DNA of 32,000 bases from Bdellovibrionales bacterium (GTDB lineage: Bacteria; Bdellovibrionota; Bdellovibrionia; Bdellovibrionales; UBA1609), in the NCBI GenBank assembly GCA_965247685.1, contig OZ252021.1, positions 870,001 to 902,000 on the forward strand, in the 5' to 3' direction. This document shows, one piece after another, positions 1 through 9,273 of this stretch. The notes beneath the pieces are model-generated. The model was given only the letters and a program-made list of their open reading frames with translations. It did not search any database and had not been told where the DNA came from. Every line of letters starts with the position of its first letter. Position 1 is the stretch's first letter. A program made the position numbers and the translations under genes.

Positions 1-609
1 TCTTTGCGGACTTTATGTGATCTTCATCATAAATCCTGCTTGCTTTCTTTTGATTTTAATCTCAACTCATCCACTCAATACACTAAAGTAAGAGGTCAAG
101 ATTCTGAACATTTAGCTATTCTTCAAGGTTTGAATGTGCTTCATGAAAAACAGCAAGTCCGCCAACGTATTGAGACTCAACATGAGGGTGAGAAAGGTTA
201 TGGTAGGCAAAGATTTTATAGTGTTCTTGGTGGAAAATCTAGAAGTCATGTTCACTCTAAAGTGATCATCAATGCGCAAGGGACAGACTCTCACCAGCTT
301 CTGAAAAATTTGATTTTAAATCCTTACGCTCAAGCGAAAAATCAACCTGAACTGGAAGTCTCAAAAGATCAAGTGAAGGCCTCTCATGGATCGACAACAG
401 GACAACCGAATCCATTGGAGATTTTTTATATGAATACTCGAGGAGTATCTTCAAAAAAAGCTTTGGAATTTTTAGTGCATGGTTGGGTGGAATCAGTTTT
501 TAATCTTGATGAAGATGAAGACATCATTTCAGATTCATTTGAAAACTTTGTTCAGCAAGTCCAACCTATTTATCCTTTTATTAAAAAGCATATTAATCGT
601 ATGCTCTAG
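1..609 (+). CDS. sufD: Fe-S cluster assembly protein SufD, C-terminal part (5' end lies outside the window)
   Basis: The ORF is open to the left edge; the track's 'M' at position 4 is only a TTG. The C-terminal SUF-family signature is present: ...QVKASHGSTTGQPNPLEIFYMNTRGVSSKKALEFLVHGW. The SHG(A/S)T form fits SufD rather than the HEAT form of SufB. Confidence 0.65.
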   Translation, partial: SLRTLCDLHHKSCLLSFDFNLNSSTQYTKVRGQDSEHLAILQGLNVLHEKQQVRQRIETQHEGEKGYGRQRFYSVLGGKSRSHVHSKVIINAQGTDSHQLLKNLILNPYAQAKNQPELEVSKDQVKASHGSTTGQPNPLEIFYMNTRGVSSKKALEFLVHGWVESVFNLDEDEDIISDSFENFVQQVQPIYPFIKKHINRML

Positions 610-613
610 CACC

Positions 614-979
614 TTAAAATTGGGTGGAAGTCAAAGAGAAGTCTTTCACGATGTCTTGAGCATCAAAAGTAATAACAGCATCAAAAGATGAAGTTGTCGT
701 TTGATGAGAGGCTGAGCCTCTTCCAAAAATAATGATAGAGCCGGCAGAGGCTTCATTTTTAGAATCAAAAGATTGTTTAGAGTATGTCCATACTGCTTCA
801 CCATTAGATTTTTGAGTGACAATATTAGGAGAACCCCAAGTTTTTAGAATTTGAGCTTGAGTAGTTTCCCCTTTTACCAGTAGTTTTTTTGCAATCCCAG
901 GAGTGAAGTTGGATTTTTGCAAGTGCATGGTTTGGCAGCTTATAGCTAAAAAAGCTACTATTAAGTAAATAAAACGCAT
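614..979 (-). CDS. small lipoprotein, BamE/SmpA-OmlA-like
   Basis: An ATG at 977-979 sits 9 nt downstream of GGAGG; the track's start at 997 is a TTG with no SD. Lipobox: MRFIYLIVAFLAISC. The core ...LLVKGETTQAQILKTWGSPN...GEAVWTY resembles the SmpA/OmlA (BamE) fold motif. The function call is tentative. Confidence 0.55.
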   Translation of the reverse strand: MRFIYLIVAFLAISCQTMHLQKSNFTPGIAKKLLVKGETTQAQILKTWGSPNIVTQKSNGEAVWTYSKQSFDSKNEASAGSIIIFGRGSASHQTTTSSFDAVITFDAQDIVKDFSLTSTQF

Positions 980-1198
980 AATTTGAGTCCTCCTCAAGTG
1001 AAATAAGATTGCATTATTCTATATTTAAAGTCTTTTGAGGTCAAAGGGGAGGTGACGGAAAGCTAGAGTTTTCTAAGATTGTTTTTATTTGAAGCACGAT
1101 CTGAAAACACTGCTCATGACAGAAACACACGGTTCAAAAGCCCTTCAAAGCCCTTCGTAGTATGAAAATTTTATCTCTAAAATCTATTAAAAGTGAGG

Positions 1199-1226
1199 TT
1201 GACCAATAGGATATTAAGAGTATAAT
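1199..1226 (+). promoter_or_regulatory. sigma70-type promoter for the 16S rRNA gene (TTGACC-16 nt-TATAAT)
   Basis: TTGACC lies at 1199-1204 and TATAAT at 1221-1226. The predicted TSS (~1233) is just upstream of the boxA-like element and of the leader half of the processing helix. Confidence 0.55.
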
Positions 1227-1239
1227 AACGAGTCTTTTC

Positions 1240-1252
1240 GTTCTTTGAAAAC
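1240..1252 (+). promoter_or_regulatory. boxA-like rRNA antitermination element (GTTCTTTGAAAAC)
   Basis: The sequence closely resembles the TGTTCTTTGAAAACT boxA form known from rrn leaders and spacers of low-GC bacteria. It lies in the 16S leader downstream of the predicted promoter. Confidence 0.45.
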
Positions 1253-1279
1253 TGAATAGTCACTTAAAAATGGTTTCGG
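1241..1279 (+). other. 5' half of the 16S leader/trailer processing helix (RNase III-type stem)
   Basis: ttctttgaaaactgaa (1241-1256) pairs with ttcagttttgagagaa (2982-2997): 14 Watson-Crick pairs, 1 G-U and 1 mismatch over 16 positions. ggtttcgg (1272-1279) pairs perfectly with ccgaaacc (2966-2973). The order of the two segments is correct for a nested antiparallel helix. Confidence 0.6.
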
Positions 1280-1404
1280 GAACCTGTCGAAGAGTTCTTT
1301 AGGGAGCTCCGAGATATTGGTTTTGATTTTTTTCACATATGTCTTTTTTTAAGACAATGTGATTGTTTTTTTATTATATTTAAGAGCTAGTTAAAGTTCT
1401 TCTT

Positions 1405-2916
<1,512 letters not shown>

Positions 2917-2965
2917 TTAAGGAGTAGGGTTTTCTTTCTGTAAAGAAGGAAAACTTTAGGTCAAA

Positions 2966-2997
2966 CCGAAACCGGTGGCTTTTCAGTTTTGAGAGAA
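2966..2997 (+). other. 3' half of the 16S leader/trailer processing helix
   Basis: This segment is complementary to 1241-1279 (see that feature). It ends about 100 nt before the next CDS. Confidence 0.6.
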
Positions 2998-3100
2998 TGC
3001 TTTTTGCATTTCCTATCAAACTTTATACAAATGTAAATTTATTTTTTAATAATAAAGATCTTTTCCTTTTTGTTCAAAAGATTCATAATAAAAAGGAAGT

Positions 3101-3670
3101 ATGAAGACTCTAAATAAATTTTTATTTTCTATTTTTTATCTTTCAATTATATTTTTGCTCACGAATTGTGCTTCCTCAGAAGATTGGAGAGATGCTTCGA
3201 GAGCATCTGCTAACATTGCTCCACTTCCTCAAGAAACAAAAGATGCTATTGTGCATGTGTATGCTGCAGCATTGTGGGGAATTAGAGGTCGTTTTGCGGA
3301 TCACACATGGATTGCTACAAAAAAAACTGGAGCTTCTAGTTATAAAGTCTACGAGGCAGTAGGTTGGAATAAAGACCGAGGAAAGAATGCTTTGAGTGTT
3401 TTGTATGATATACCGGATAGGCTGTGGTATGGGAATCAACCAAAACTTCTCTTTAAGTTGGAAGGTAAAGAAGCAGAACCTGTTGTGGACAGAATAGAAG
3501 AGCTGGCAAAGAGGTATCCTTACAAATCGGAATACACTATATTCCCTGGACCTAATAGTAATACTTTTACAGCTTGGATGATTTGTCAGATTCCGGAACT
3601 CGATCTGAAACTTTCTAAGAGAGCTATTGGTAAGAATTATTTAGAAGATTGTGAATTTTCCAAAAGGTAG
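3101..3670 (+). CDS. exported/lipoprotein, DUF3750-like
   Basis: ATG preceded by AAGGAAG. Signal peptide with Cys: ...IFLLTNCAS. The motifs DWRDASRASANIAP, VHVYAA..WG.RG.FA.HTWIA.K, WYGN.P and FPGPNSNTFTAW...IPEL......AIGKNYL match my recollection of the DUF3750 family. Confidence 0.6.
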   Translation: MKTLNKFLFSIFYLSIIFLLTNCASSEDWRDASRASANIAPLPQETKDAIVHVYAAALWGIRGRFADHTWIATKKTGASSYKVYEAVGWNKDRGKNALSVLYDIPDRLWYGNQPKLLFKLEGKEAEPVVDRIEELAKRYPYKSEYTIFPGPNSNTFTAWMICQIPELDLKLSKRAIGKNYLEDCEFSKR

Positions 3671-3709
3671 TTTTTTTGAAAGAAGTTCTCAAAAAGAGGA
3701 ATAAGGTCA

Positions 3710-4489
3710 ATGAAATATATTATTATATTGTTTTTGTGGATATGTTTATCTTGTGCTTCTCAAACGTCGCCTGATTCTCAAACGTCGGCTCATAAAGATG
3801 CAGAAGCTCAAGAAGTGAATCCAGAAGAAAAAGAAAAGGCCTCTTCTACTCAGAGTTCAAAAGATTCCTCTTCTTCACAAAAAACTTTTGTTGTCCCTTT
3901 TCAATCTGATCAGTGGCATTCTTTAGAGTATAGCTCCATTCCTTCTCATGAAGTTACATTTGCATCCGATCATATTCAAATTAAAGTACGAAGTTCAGCT
4001 TCTCCTTTGATTTATCCTATGAAGGATAACCCGCTCCTTGTGAAGCAAGTTTCTATAAAAGGAGTTGTGAGTCAGTTACTCAATATCTCACCTGCTGAAA
4101 AGCAAGGGGAGAAAGGGCTCGATGATTTTAATTTAAGAGTAGGTTTAGTTTTGCTAGGTGCAAAACGACTGGAGTGGTATCAAAAGCTTACGGCTGCAGA
4201 CTGGATTAAGCAAATGTTTGCACTAGCACCAAAAGATCAAGGTATTGATCATGTATATTTTCTTAATGGTGTTTTATCTCCTTCTTTAGTTAATAAAAAA
4301 CGCACACACCCATTATCCAAATATATTAAAGAACATTATGTTTGGTTGATGAATCAATCAGGAGTTTTTGATTATACCTATACTCTTGAGCAGCCTCGAA
4401 AGACGGTTGCCTTATGGATATCTGTAGATGGAGATGATACAGGCTCTAACTTCGACCTTAAAATCAATAATATCACCCTCTTTAAGTAA
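3710..4489 (+). CDS. lipoprotein of unknown function (faint DUF3047-like pattern, tentative)
   Basis: ATG preceded by AGAGGAA. Lipobox LWICLSCAS, followed by a low-complexity S/E/K linker and a globular C-terminal part. The central ...RSSASPL... motif is reminiscent of DUF3047, but I cannot verify this. Confidence 0.7.
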   Translation: MKYIIILFLWICLSCASQTSPDSQTSAHKDAEAQEVNPEEKEKASSTQSSKDSSSSQKTFVVPFQSDQWHSLEYSSIPSHEVTFASDHIQIKVRSSASPLIYPMKDNPLLVKQVSIKGVVSQLLNISPAEKQGEKGLDDFNLRVGLVLLGAKRLEWYQKLTAADWIKQMFALAPKDQGIDHVYFLNGVLSPSLVNKKRTHPLSKYIKEHYVWLMNQSGVFDYTYTLEQPRKTVALWISVDGDDTGSNFDLKINNITLFK

Positions 4490-4579
4490 GGGTCTTAAGG
4501 GGATTTTTTGATTGTAAAAGAGTTAAAAAAATCCTTTACTTGATCGAGATATATATTCATTATGTGAAACCGTAAATAC

Positions 4580-4656
<77 letters not shown>

Positions 4657-4838
4657 TTTCTTTTTTAAGTATTTAACATTACTGATGGTTTTTATCTGGT
4701 ATTCCGTTGTTTCGTTTCCTTATTAAATAGATTAAAAGCTTTTGTAGTTTTTTTGCTGTGTCTCTACTCAAGAGAGCTATCACTTTAGTATGCCTTTCTT
4801 TCAATTTAAAAGTTTAACAAAGTGAGAAGTCTTTGTTG

Positions 4839-4862
4839 CCTCTTCATAAGAAGGGACTTTTT
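4839..4862 (+). terminator. candidate intrinsic terminator downstream of tRNA-Ile
   Basis: Hairpin cctcttc-ataa-gaaggg (6 bp including one G-U), followed after 2 nt by TTTTT. The stem is weak. Confidence 0.3.
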
Positions 4863-5017
4863 ATTTATTGATCCTAGAGAACTTGGCGGATGATCGTTGT
4901 GTTGTAGTATGAAAATTTTACATGGATCATTCTTCATTCTTGACGTTAGAAGAGTATACTGTACATTATACAAAGTCTTATTAGGTTTTTTATATTTTCT
5001 TTACTAAGGGTGTTGAG

Positions 5018-6043
5018 ATGAAGTTTCTATTTATTGTTTTTGGTTTAATATTTATTTTTCAGACGTTCGCAGAGGGGCAGACTTCTGGCTCGGATACAAT
5101 GTTGAAGAAAGAGACTTTAGAATCTGAGGAGGAGTCGAAGGAATCTAAAGAAAAGACTGTAGAACCTGGAGAGGAGTCTGAAGAAGAAGTTTTGATGAGA
5201 TTTCTAATGGAAGAAGTTATTCCTGCATTTGGGGGATTTCAGGATTTATTTTTTTCAAATAAACCTTCTTTTGATATTCATTGGACGCCCCAAGGAATGC
5301 AAGTAAGAAATTGTTCCTTTAAATTTCAGCTCAAACAACTTAGAGCAGTACAATACAATCTGGCAGATATAAAACTTTATGGATTTCATTCGAATGCGGA
5401 AATTGGTGATCCTGGGTTTTTGTTTGTTCAAATGTCTTGTGGTGAAGCAGGGTATGTTGAAAATAAAATCCATTTTAATATTAAATTTTTTGTTACAGAT
5501 GAGGAGCTTACTCCTGCTTATTATAGTTTAAAAATTAAAACAATGGATAAAGAACAATTGGATATCAAATTGAAGTCTATTGACATGGATGTAGATATTG
5601 AAACTGCTGATTTTACTTTGATATTGGACCAATATGGTCATACTAAAATTCTACCTCATGAATCTCCTTTTTTAAAATTTTTTGATGAAGAAAAAGCTTA
5701 TATGGAGATTGTTGAAGATGATGGAGAAGATGAATCGAATGGAGATGATAAAGATAATGAGGAAGATGAACAGATTAAAAATATGTATGACATTCCTATA
5801 TCTATTTGGAATCAAATCAATGAAGTAGATAAAGTGTCTTCCGATGAAAATTCTCTAGTTCCTTTGAAAAAGGTCGCTGTGGAACAAACTATTCATTTAA
5901 AGGGTTCTGTCGAGATGTTTTTACCTATTTATAAAGGTGGGGTGAAGGAATACAATCGTGTTGTTGTTCCTATTGTTGGACGTATTTTTTCTCCTGTAAA
6001 AGGTGAAGTTATTCCAATTATTGATATATCTACAAGAAAATGA
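5018..6043 (+). CDS. secreted protein of unknown function (acidic tracts)
   Basis: ATG preceded by AAGGGTG. Signal peptide MKFLFIVFGLIFIFQTFAEG. It contains E/D-rich stretches such as EDDGEDESNGDDKDNEEDE. I recognise no family motif. Confidence 0.75.
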   Translation: MKFLFIVFGLIFIFQTFAEGQTSGSDTMLKKETLESEEESKESKEKTVEPGEESEEEVLMRFLMEEVIPAFGGFQDLFFSNKPSFDIHWTPQGMQVRNCSFKFQLKQLRAVQYNLADIKLYGFHSNAEIGDPGFLFVQMSCGEAGYVENKIHFNIKFFVTDEELTPAYYSLKIKTMDKEQLDIKLKSIDMDVDIETADFTLILDQYGHTKILPHESPFLKFFDEEKAYMEIVEDDGEDESNGDDKDNEEDEQIKNMYDIPISIWNQINEVDKVSSDENSLVPLKKVAVEQTIHLKGSVEMFLPIYKGGVKEYNRVVVPIVGRIFSPVKGEVIPIIDISTRK

Positions 6044-6795
6044 AATATTTAAGTTTTTTAATCTTTTTGTTTTTATTGACTGGAAAAGTGGAGAGTCAGT
6101 TATTGTCGTCTGAAGATTCTTCGTTGGATCCAAAAGTTTCATCTGAAATTTATGATAAACCTTCTATATATAGGTATTTATTGGAGCCTTTACTTTCCTT
6201 AGATGAAGCATGGGGTGATACAGTGACCCATTGTAGTGTTTTAGGAGAAGACTTATCTCAGGTGATTCAAATTTATGATGGCTTAGGATCTTGTATTTTT
6301 GAACAGGTTGATTTGTTTTCAGATGAAGAAGAAATTCAGAAAAATATTATTTTTCACATACAAGTAAAGAGTCGGTTATTTGATTTGTTGTTTCAGTGGA
6401 CAGATTTAAGTGTTCAGGACATATTTAATTCTTATTTAGAAAATAATCCTCACAAACTATCCAGCCAAATAACTCTTGAGTTACTTGGTGATGAGCAGTC
6501 TCTTTTTGATGATTTATCTTATTTTGTCTTATCTGAGATGTTTAAAACATCTCTTTCTAAAGATGAGCATAACCTTCAAAATGCATCTCCATTGTTATTG
6601 CAGAAAAAAATTGATACCATTCATCTGAATGTTGTTCCCTATGCAGATGGATTATTAAAAGTGACTTTGAGTTTTTTTGATTCACAGGATGTAGAGTTTT
6701 ATAAGTTAGGAGTTATTACTAATTATTATATTGGTGCAGATGAGTTTTTTGTGACTTCTATAGATCAATACCTAGAGGAAAAGAATGAAGAGTAG
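6040..6795 (+). CDS. secreted protein of unknown function
   Basis: The start shares an ATGA overlap with the upstream stop. Signal peptide MKYLSFLIFLFLLTGKVESQ. No recognisable motif. Confidence 0.75.
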   Translation: MKYLSFLIFLFLLTGKVESQLLSSEDSSLDPKVSSEIYDKPSIYRYLLEPLLSLDEAWGDTVTHCSVLGEDLSQVIQIYDGLGSCIFEQVDLFSDEEEIQKNIIFHIQVKSRLFDLLFQWTDLSVQDIFNSYLENNPHKLSSQITLELLGDEQSLFDDLSYFVLSEMFKTSLSKDEHNLQNASPLLLQKKIDTIHLNVVPYADGLLKVTLSFFDSQDVEFYKLGVITNYYIGADEFFVTSIDQYLEEKNEE

Positions 6796-7978
6796 AATTT
6801 ATATTCTATTATTTTTTTATCCCTCTTTTTTATTTGCTGGAGAATTTTGTAAATTACAGCCTGAGGATTTTGATGAAGATGCCAGGAGTTCTCTTTCGGT
6901 TTTTGAGGAGAATATTGAGAATAAGGTCTCTGATATTTATCGTACTCAATACCCGCATGTAATTAAAAAATTAAAAACTCTTGAAGAGTTGCAAAATAAG
7001 TTAACAAGAATTGAAAATCAGTATAGTCAAAAATACATCAGATCTCCAAATAGACATCCAAGGAATCGTGCGGTGGATCGTTTAAGCAAAAGAAGAAGAA
7101 AAAAGTTATTTTTGAAATTAGCAGAACAAAATATTCATTCTGAATCAGATTTGAGTGATTACTTGAAAAAAATAAAAGTGATTCGTCCTATGTCTTTTGA
7201 CGTATATCAGGATTATTCAAATACAGTGAATGATTTAAAGTCACAAATTGAGGAAGTGAATACGTTGTTATTGGAAATACAATCCTTTGGGTTTCTACAG
7301 TTCCCAGATTTTGGTTTCTCATTAAGAGGAGATAAATTTTATGGACATTTTAAAATGGAAGGATTGTTTCGTGTACCAAAAGATGATTTGTTAAGATTGC
7401 CTTTTTTAAAAATTGGTTTTGAAACAAGTCCTAATACGGTAATCTATTCTTGTGTTCATCTAGATGAGTTTAAACCAGATAACAATCGTATTTATATTTA
7501 CTTTTTAAATACAACAAAACTTGATATTTTGCGTAGGACAGATTTTATAATGCGTCCGATTTCGTCTATTCGTAATTTGTTAGGGCTTAGCCAAGAGCCT
7601 CAAGCTGTCATTTCTCATTTGCCTTTTGTATTGAATTCTGCAGCTGGTGAGGTTTCCGAGACGTTGAGTAACTTGGGTCAAGTTCAGCAGATTGGCAATC
7701 ATCCTTCTTTTAATCAAATTATGGATGAAGTTGGTAGATTAAAAATTTTGAATTTTGCAGCAAATCTTAATCCTATTCTTGCAGTGATTAATGATAATGT
7801 GCAGATCGGTGTTCAGGGCTTTGTTATTCATCCGGACAAACTGCAAATTCGATATGCTGGAACAACCTTATATGGTTTTATTAATTTTAATTTACCTACT
7901 CAAAATCAGAGTGTGGATTTTTCATCTTTTATGAATATTATAACTCTGGACTTAAATAGTGACAATGTTGATCTTTAG
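6785..7978 (+). CDS. secreted protein of unknown function with a strongly basic patch
   Basis: The start overlaps the upstream gene by 11 nt. Signal peptide MKSRIYILLFFYPSFLFAGE. Basic segment RSPNRHPRNRAVDRLSKRRRKK. No recognisable family motif. Confidence 0.75.
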   Translation: MKSRIYILLFFYPSFLFAGEFCKLQPEDFDEDARSSLSVFEENIENKVSDIYRTQYPHVIKKLKTLEELQNKLTRIENQYSQKYIRSPNRHPRNRAVDRLSKRRRKKLFLKLAEQNIHSESDLSDYLKKIKVIRPMSFDVYQDYSNTVNDLKSQIEEVNTLLLEIQSFGFLQFPDFGFSLRGDKFYGHFKMEGLFRVPKDDLLRLPFLKIGFETSPNTVIYSCVHLDEFKPDNNRIYIYFLNTTKLDILRRTDFIMRPISSIRNLLGLSQEPQAVISHLPFVLNSAAGEVSETLSNLGQVQQIGNHPSFNQIMDEVGRLKILNFAANLNPILAVINDNVQIGVQGFVIHPDKLQIRYAGTTLYGFINFNLPTQNQSVDFSSFMNIITLDLNSDNVDL

Positions 7979-8015
7979 TCAAACTCTGCTGGATATTCTT
8001 TTAATTGATGATATA

Positions 8016-8045
8016 GGTTACTCAACAGTAATCCACAAATTTTTT
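8016..8045 (+). terminator. candidate intrinsic terminator of the 5018-7978 operon
   Basis: Hairpin ggttac-tcaaca-gtaatcc (6 bp with a 1-nt bulge). A TTTTTT run starts 5 nt after the stem. Confidence 0.3.
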
Positions 8046-8177
8046 CAGCTTCCATGAATTAATTATTTTTATAATCCTTCAAAAACAGGTGCACCATGCA
8101 AAAACTAACCAAAAAAAGAGAACAATAAGTAACAAATTAGGATTAATAATCTCTACACAGGTCACTGTCAGGCTATA

Positions 8178-8199
8178 CTTCTTTTCTGCAGCAAAGAAG
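8178..8199 (-). terminator. conserved 3' hairpin of repeat-protein cassette 1 (possible terminator or stability element)
   Basis: cttcttt-tctgcagc-aaagaag: 7-bp stem and 8-nt loop, with no U tract. The same stem recurs at 9208-9229 and 11927-11948 with different loop bases. Confidence 0.3.
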
Positions 8200-8243
8200 A
8201 CTTTTATAAACTTTATACAATTAGTTGGGTTGTGACTTTTTTT

Positions 8244-9041
8244 TTAAAGCGAGAAAATAGGATTTTGTAAACTGTATTTTTCTAACATATTCTTCATTTT
8301 TTGTTTTCCCCATTCTTTTTCTTTCTGTTTAAGTTGATTGGGTGTGACTTTTGAAAAACCTTGGAGATCTTTTCTCATCTTGTCTTTGACTGCATTTTTT
8401 CCGATAAGGTCTTCTATAAATTGAACTATTTTTTTTAGTTCACTGAGATTGATTCTTGAAAAAGCTTGGAGATTTTTCTTCATTATTTCTCTGGTAGCCT
8501 CTTTTTCGATGTAGTTTTCTATAAATTGAACTACTTTTTTTAGTTCGCTGAGATTGGCTCTTGAAAAACCTTGGAGATCTTTTTCTATCCTTTCTCTGGT
8601 AGCCTCTTCTCCAATGTAGTCTTTTATAAATTGAATATTATCTTTTATATTCTTCACTGAGTTTTTATGAAAACCGCTCAAGGATTTTTTTAAACGTTCG
8701 TTCACCCCCTCTTTTTCTATATAATTCTCATAGAGCTTGACTCTTTCCAAAAAATTCTTAAATCGAAAGAGTTTAAAATAAGAGACTGCTCGGATTCTTT
8801 TTAAAGTTTCCTCTTCTCCGATTCGATTGATTAAAAAATTGAGGAATTCTTTCATTTCAGGTTCATCCCAAGACTTTGTAGTTTCTGTTACCTTAGTTTT
8901 CCAATTTTTAGGCATCTCAGAATTGAAGTTTTTTCCTATTTGATTTTTTGCAAACTGAATAAAGACATGCTCACATTTACCTTGAGCAAAAGAGTTAAGA
9001 GCAAAAAGTAAAGTAAATATATGTATGCGAAAAGAATGCAT
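8244..9041 (-). CDS. secreted 35-residue tandem-repeat protein, short paralog (5 repeats)
   Basis: The ORF runs 8244-9056 (270 aa). The second ATG (9039-9041) lies 8 nt after GGGAG, whereas the first ATG has no SD. Signal peptide MHSFRIHIFTLLFALNSFAQG. The body is made of 35-aa units such as NLSELKKVVQFIENYIEKEATREIMKKNLQAFS. The N- and C-terminal parts are near-identical to the 830-aa paralog. Confidence 0.85.
   Translation of the reverse strand: MHSFRIHIFTLLFALNSFAQGKCEHVFIQFAKNQIGKNFNSEMPKNWKTKVTETTKSWDEPEMKEFLNFLINRIGEEETLKRIRAVSYFKLFRFKNFLERVKLYENYIEKEGVNERLKKSLSGFHKNSVKNIKDNIQFIKDYIGEEATRERIEKDLQGFSRANLSELKKVVQFIENYIEKEATREIMKKNLQAFSRINLSELKKIVQFIEDLIGKNAVKDKMRKDLQGFSKVTPNQLKQKEKEWGKQKMKNMLEKYSLQNPIFSL
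8352..8666 (-). repeat. 3 canonical in-frame 105-bp (35-codon) repeats inside the 270-aa CDS
   Basis: Residues 131-235 of the ORF. The 'F-S' dipeptide recurs at residues 164-165, 199-200 and 234-235. Confidence 0.85.
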
Positions 9042-9097
9042 ATTTTTAACTCCCATTAATGAAGGGCCATTTGAAGGAAGTTAGAACATTTTAGCGT

Positions 9098-9127
9098 ATT
9101 AAAGTCTACATATTTTTTCATTGTAAA
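9098..9127 (-). promoter_or_regulatory. candidate promoter of cassette 1 (minus strand TTTACA-18 nt-TTTAAT)
   Basis: The reverse complement reads gaTTTACAatgaaaaaatatgtagacTTTAATacgc. The identical elements and spacing recur upstream of cassette 2 (11808-11837). Confidence 0.45.
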
Positions 9128-9207
9128 TCATATATGTGGTTTAAGTTTTTTGTAATTCTTAATAAGAGGCTATTTATTGCCTGAGAACAGGTCACTGTCA
9201 GGCTATA

Positions 9208-9229
9208 CTTCTTTTCTGCCGCAAAGAAG
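9208..9229 (-). terminator. conserved 3' hairpin of repeat-protein cassette 2
   Basis: cttcttt-tctgccgc-aaagaag: the same stem as at 8178-8199, with a loop that differs by one base. Confidence 0.3.
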
Positions 9230-9273
9230 ATTTTTATAAATTTTACAAAAGTAGTTGGATTTTAATCTTGTTT

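Noticed and set aside
980-997. Longer start (track position 997) for the small lipoprotein
   Set aside because: Position 997 is a TTG without an SD. The ATG at 979 has GGAGG at ideal spacing and gives a normal-length lipoprotein signal peptide.
1137-1156. Perfect tandem 10-bp duplication aaagcccttc x2 about 45 nt upstream of the rRNA -35 hexamer
   Set aside because: It is too short to interpret and could be a chance slippage product. No second site or palindrome supports a regulator-binding call.
4540-4563. Possible dedicated promoter for tRNA-Ile (TTTACT-17-CATTAT)
   Set aside because: Both hexamers are weak and alternative registers exist in this AT-rich stretch. I cannot tell whether the tRNA is transcribed from here or by read-through from upstream.
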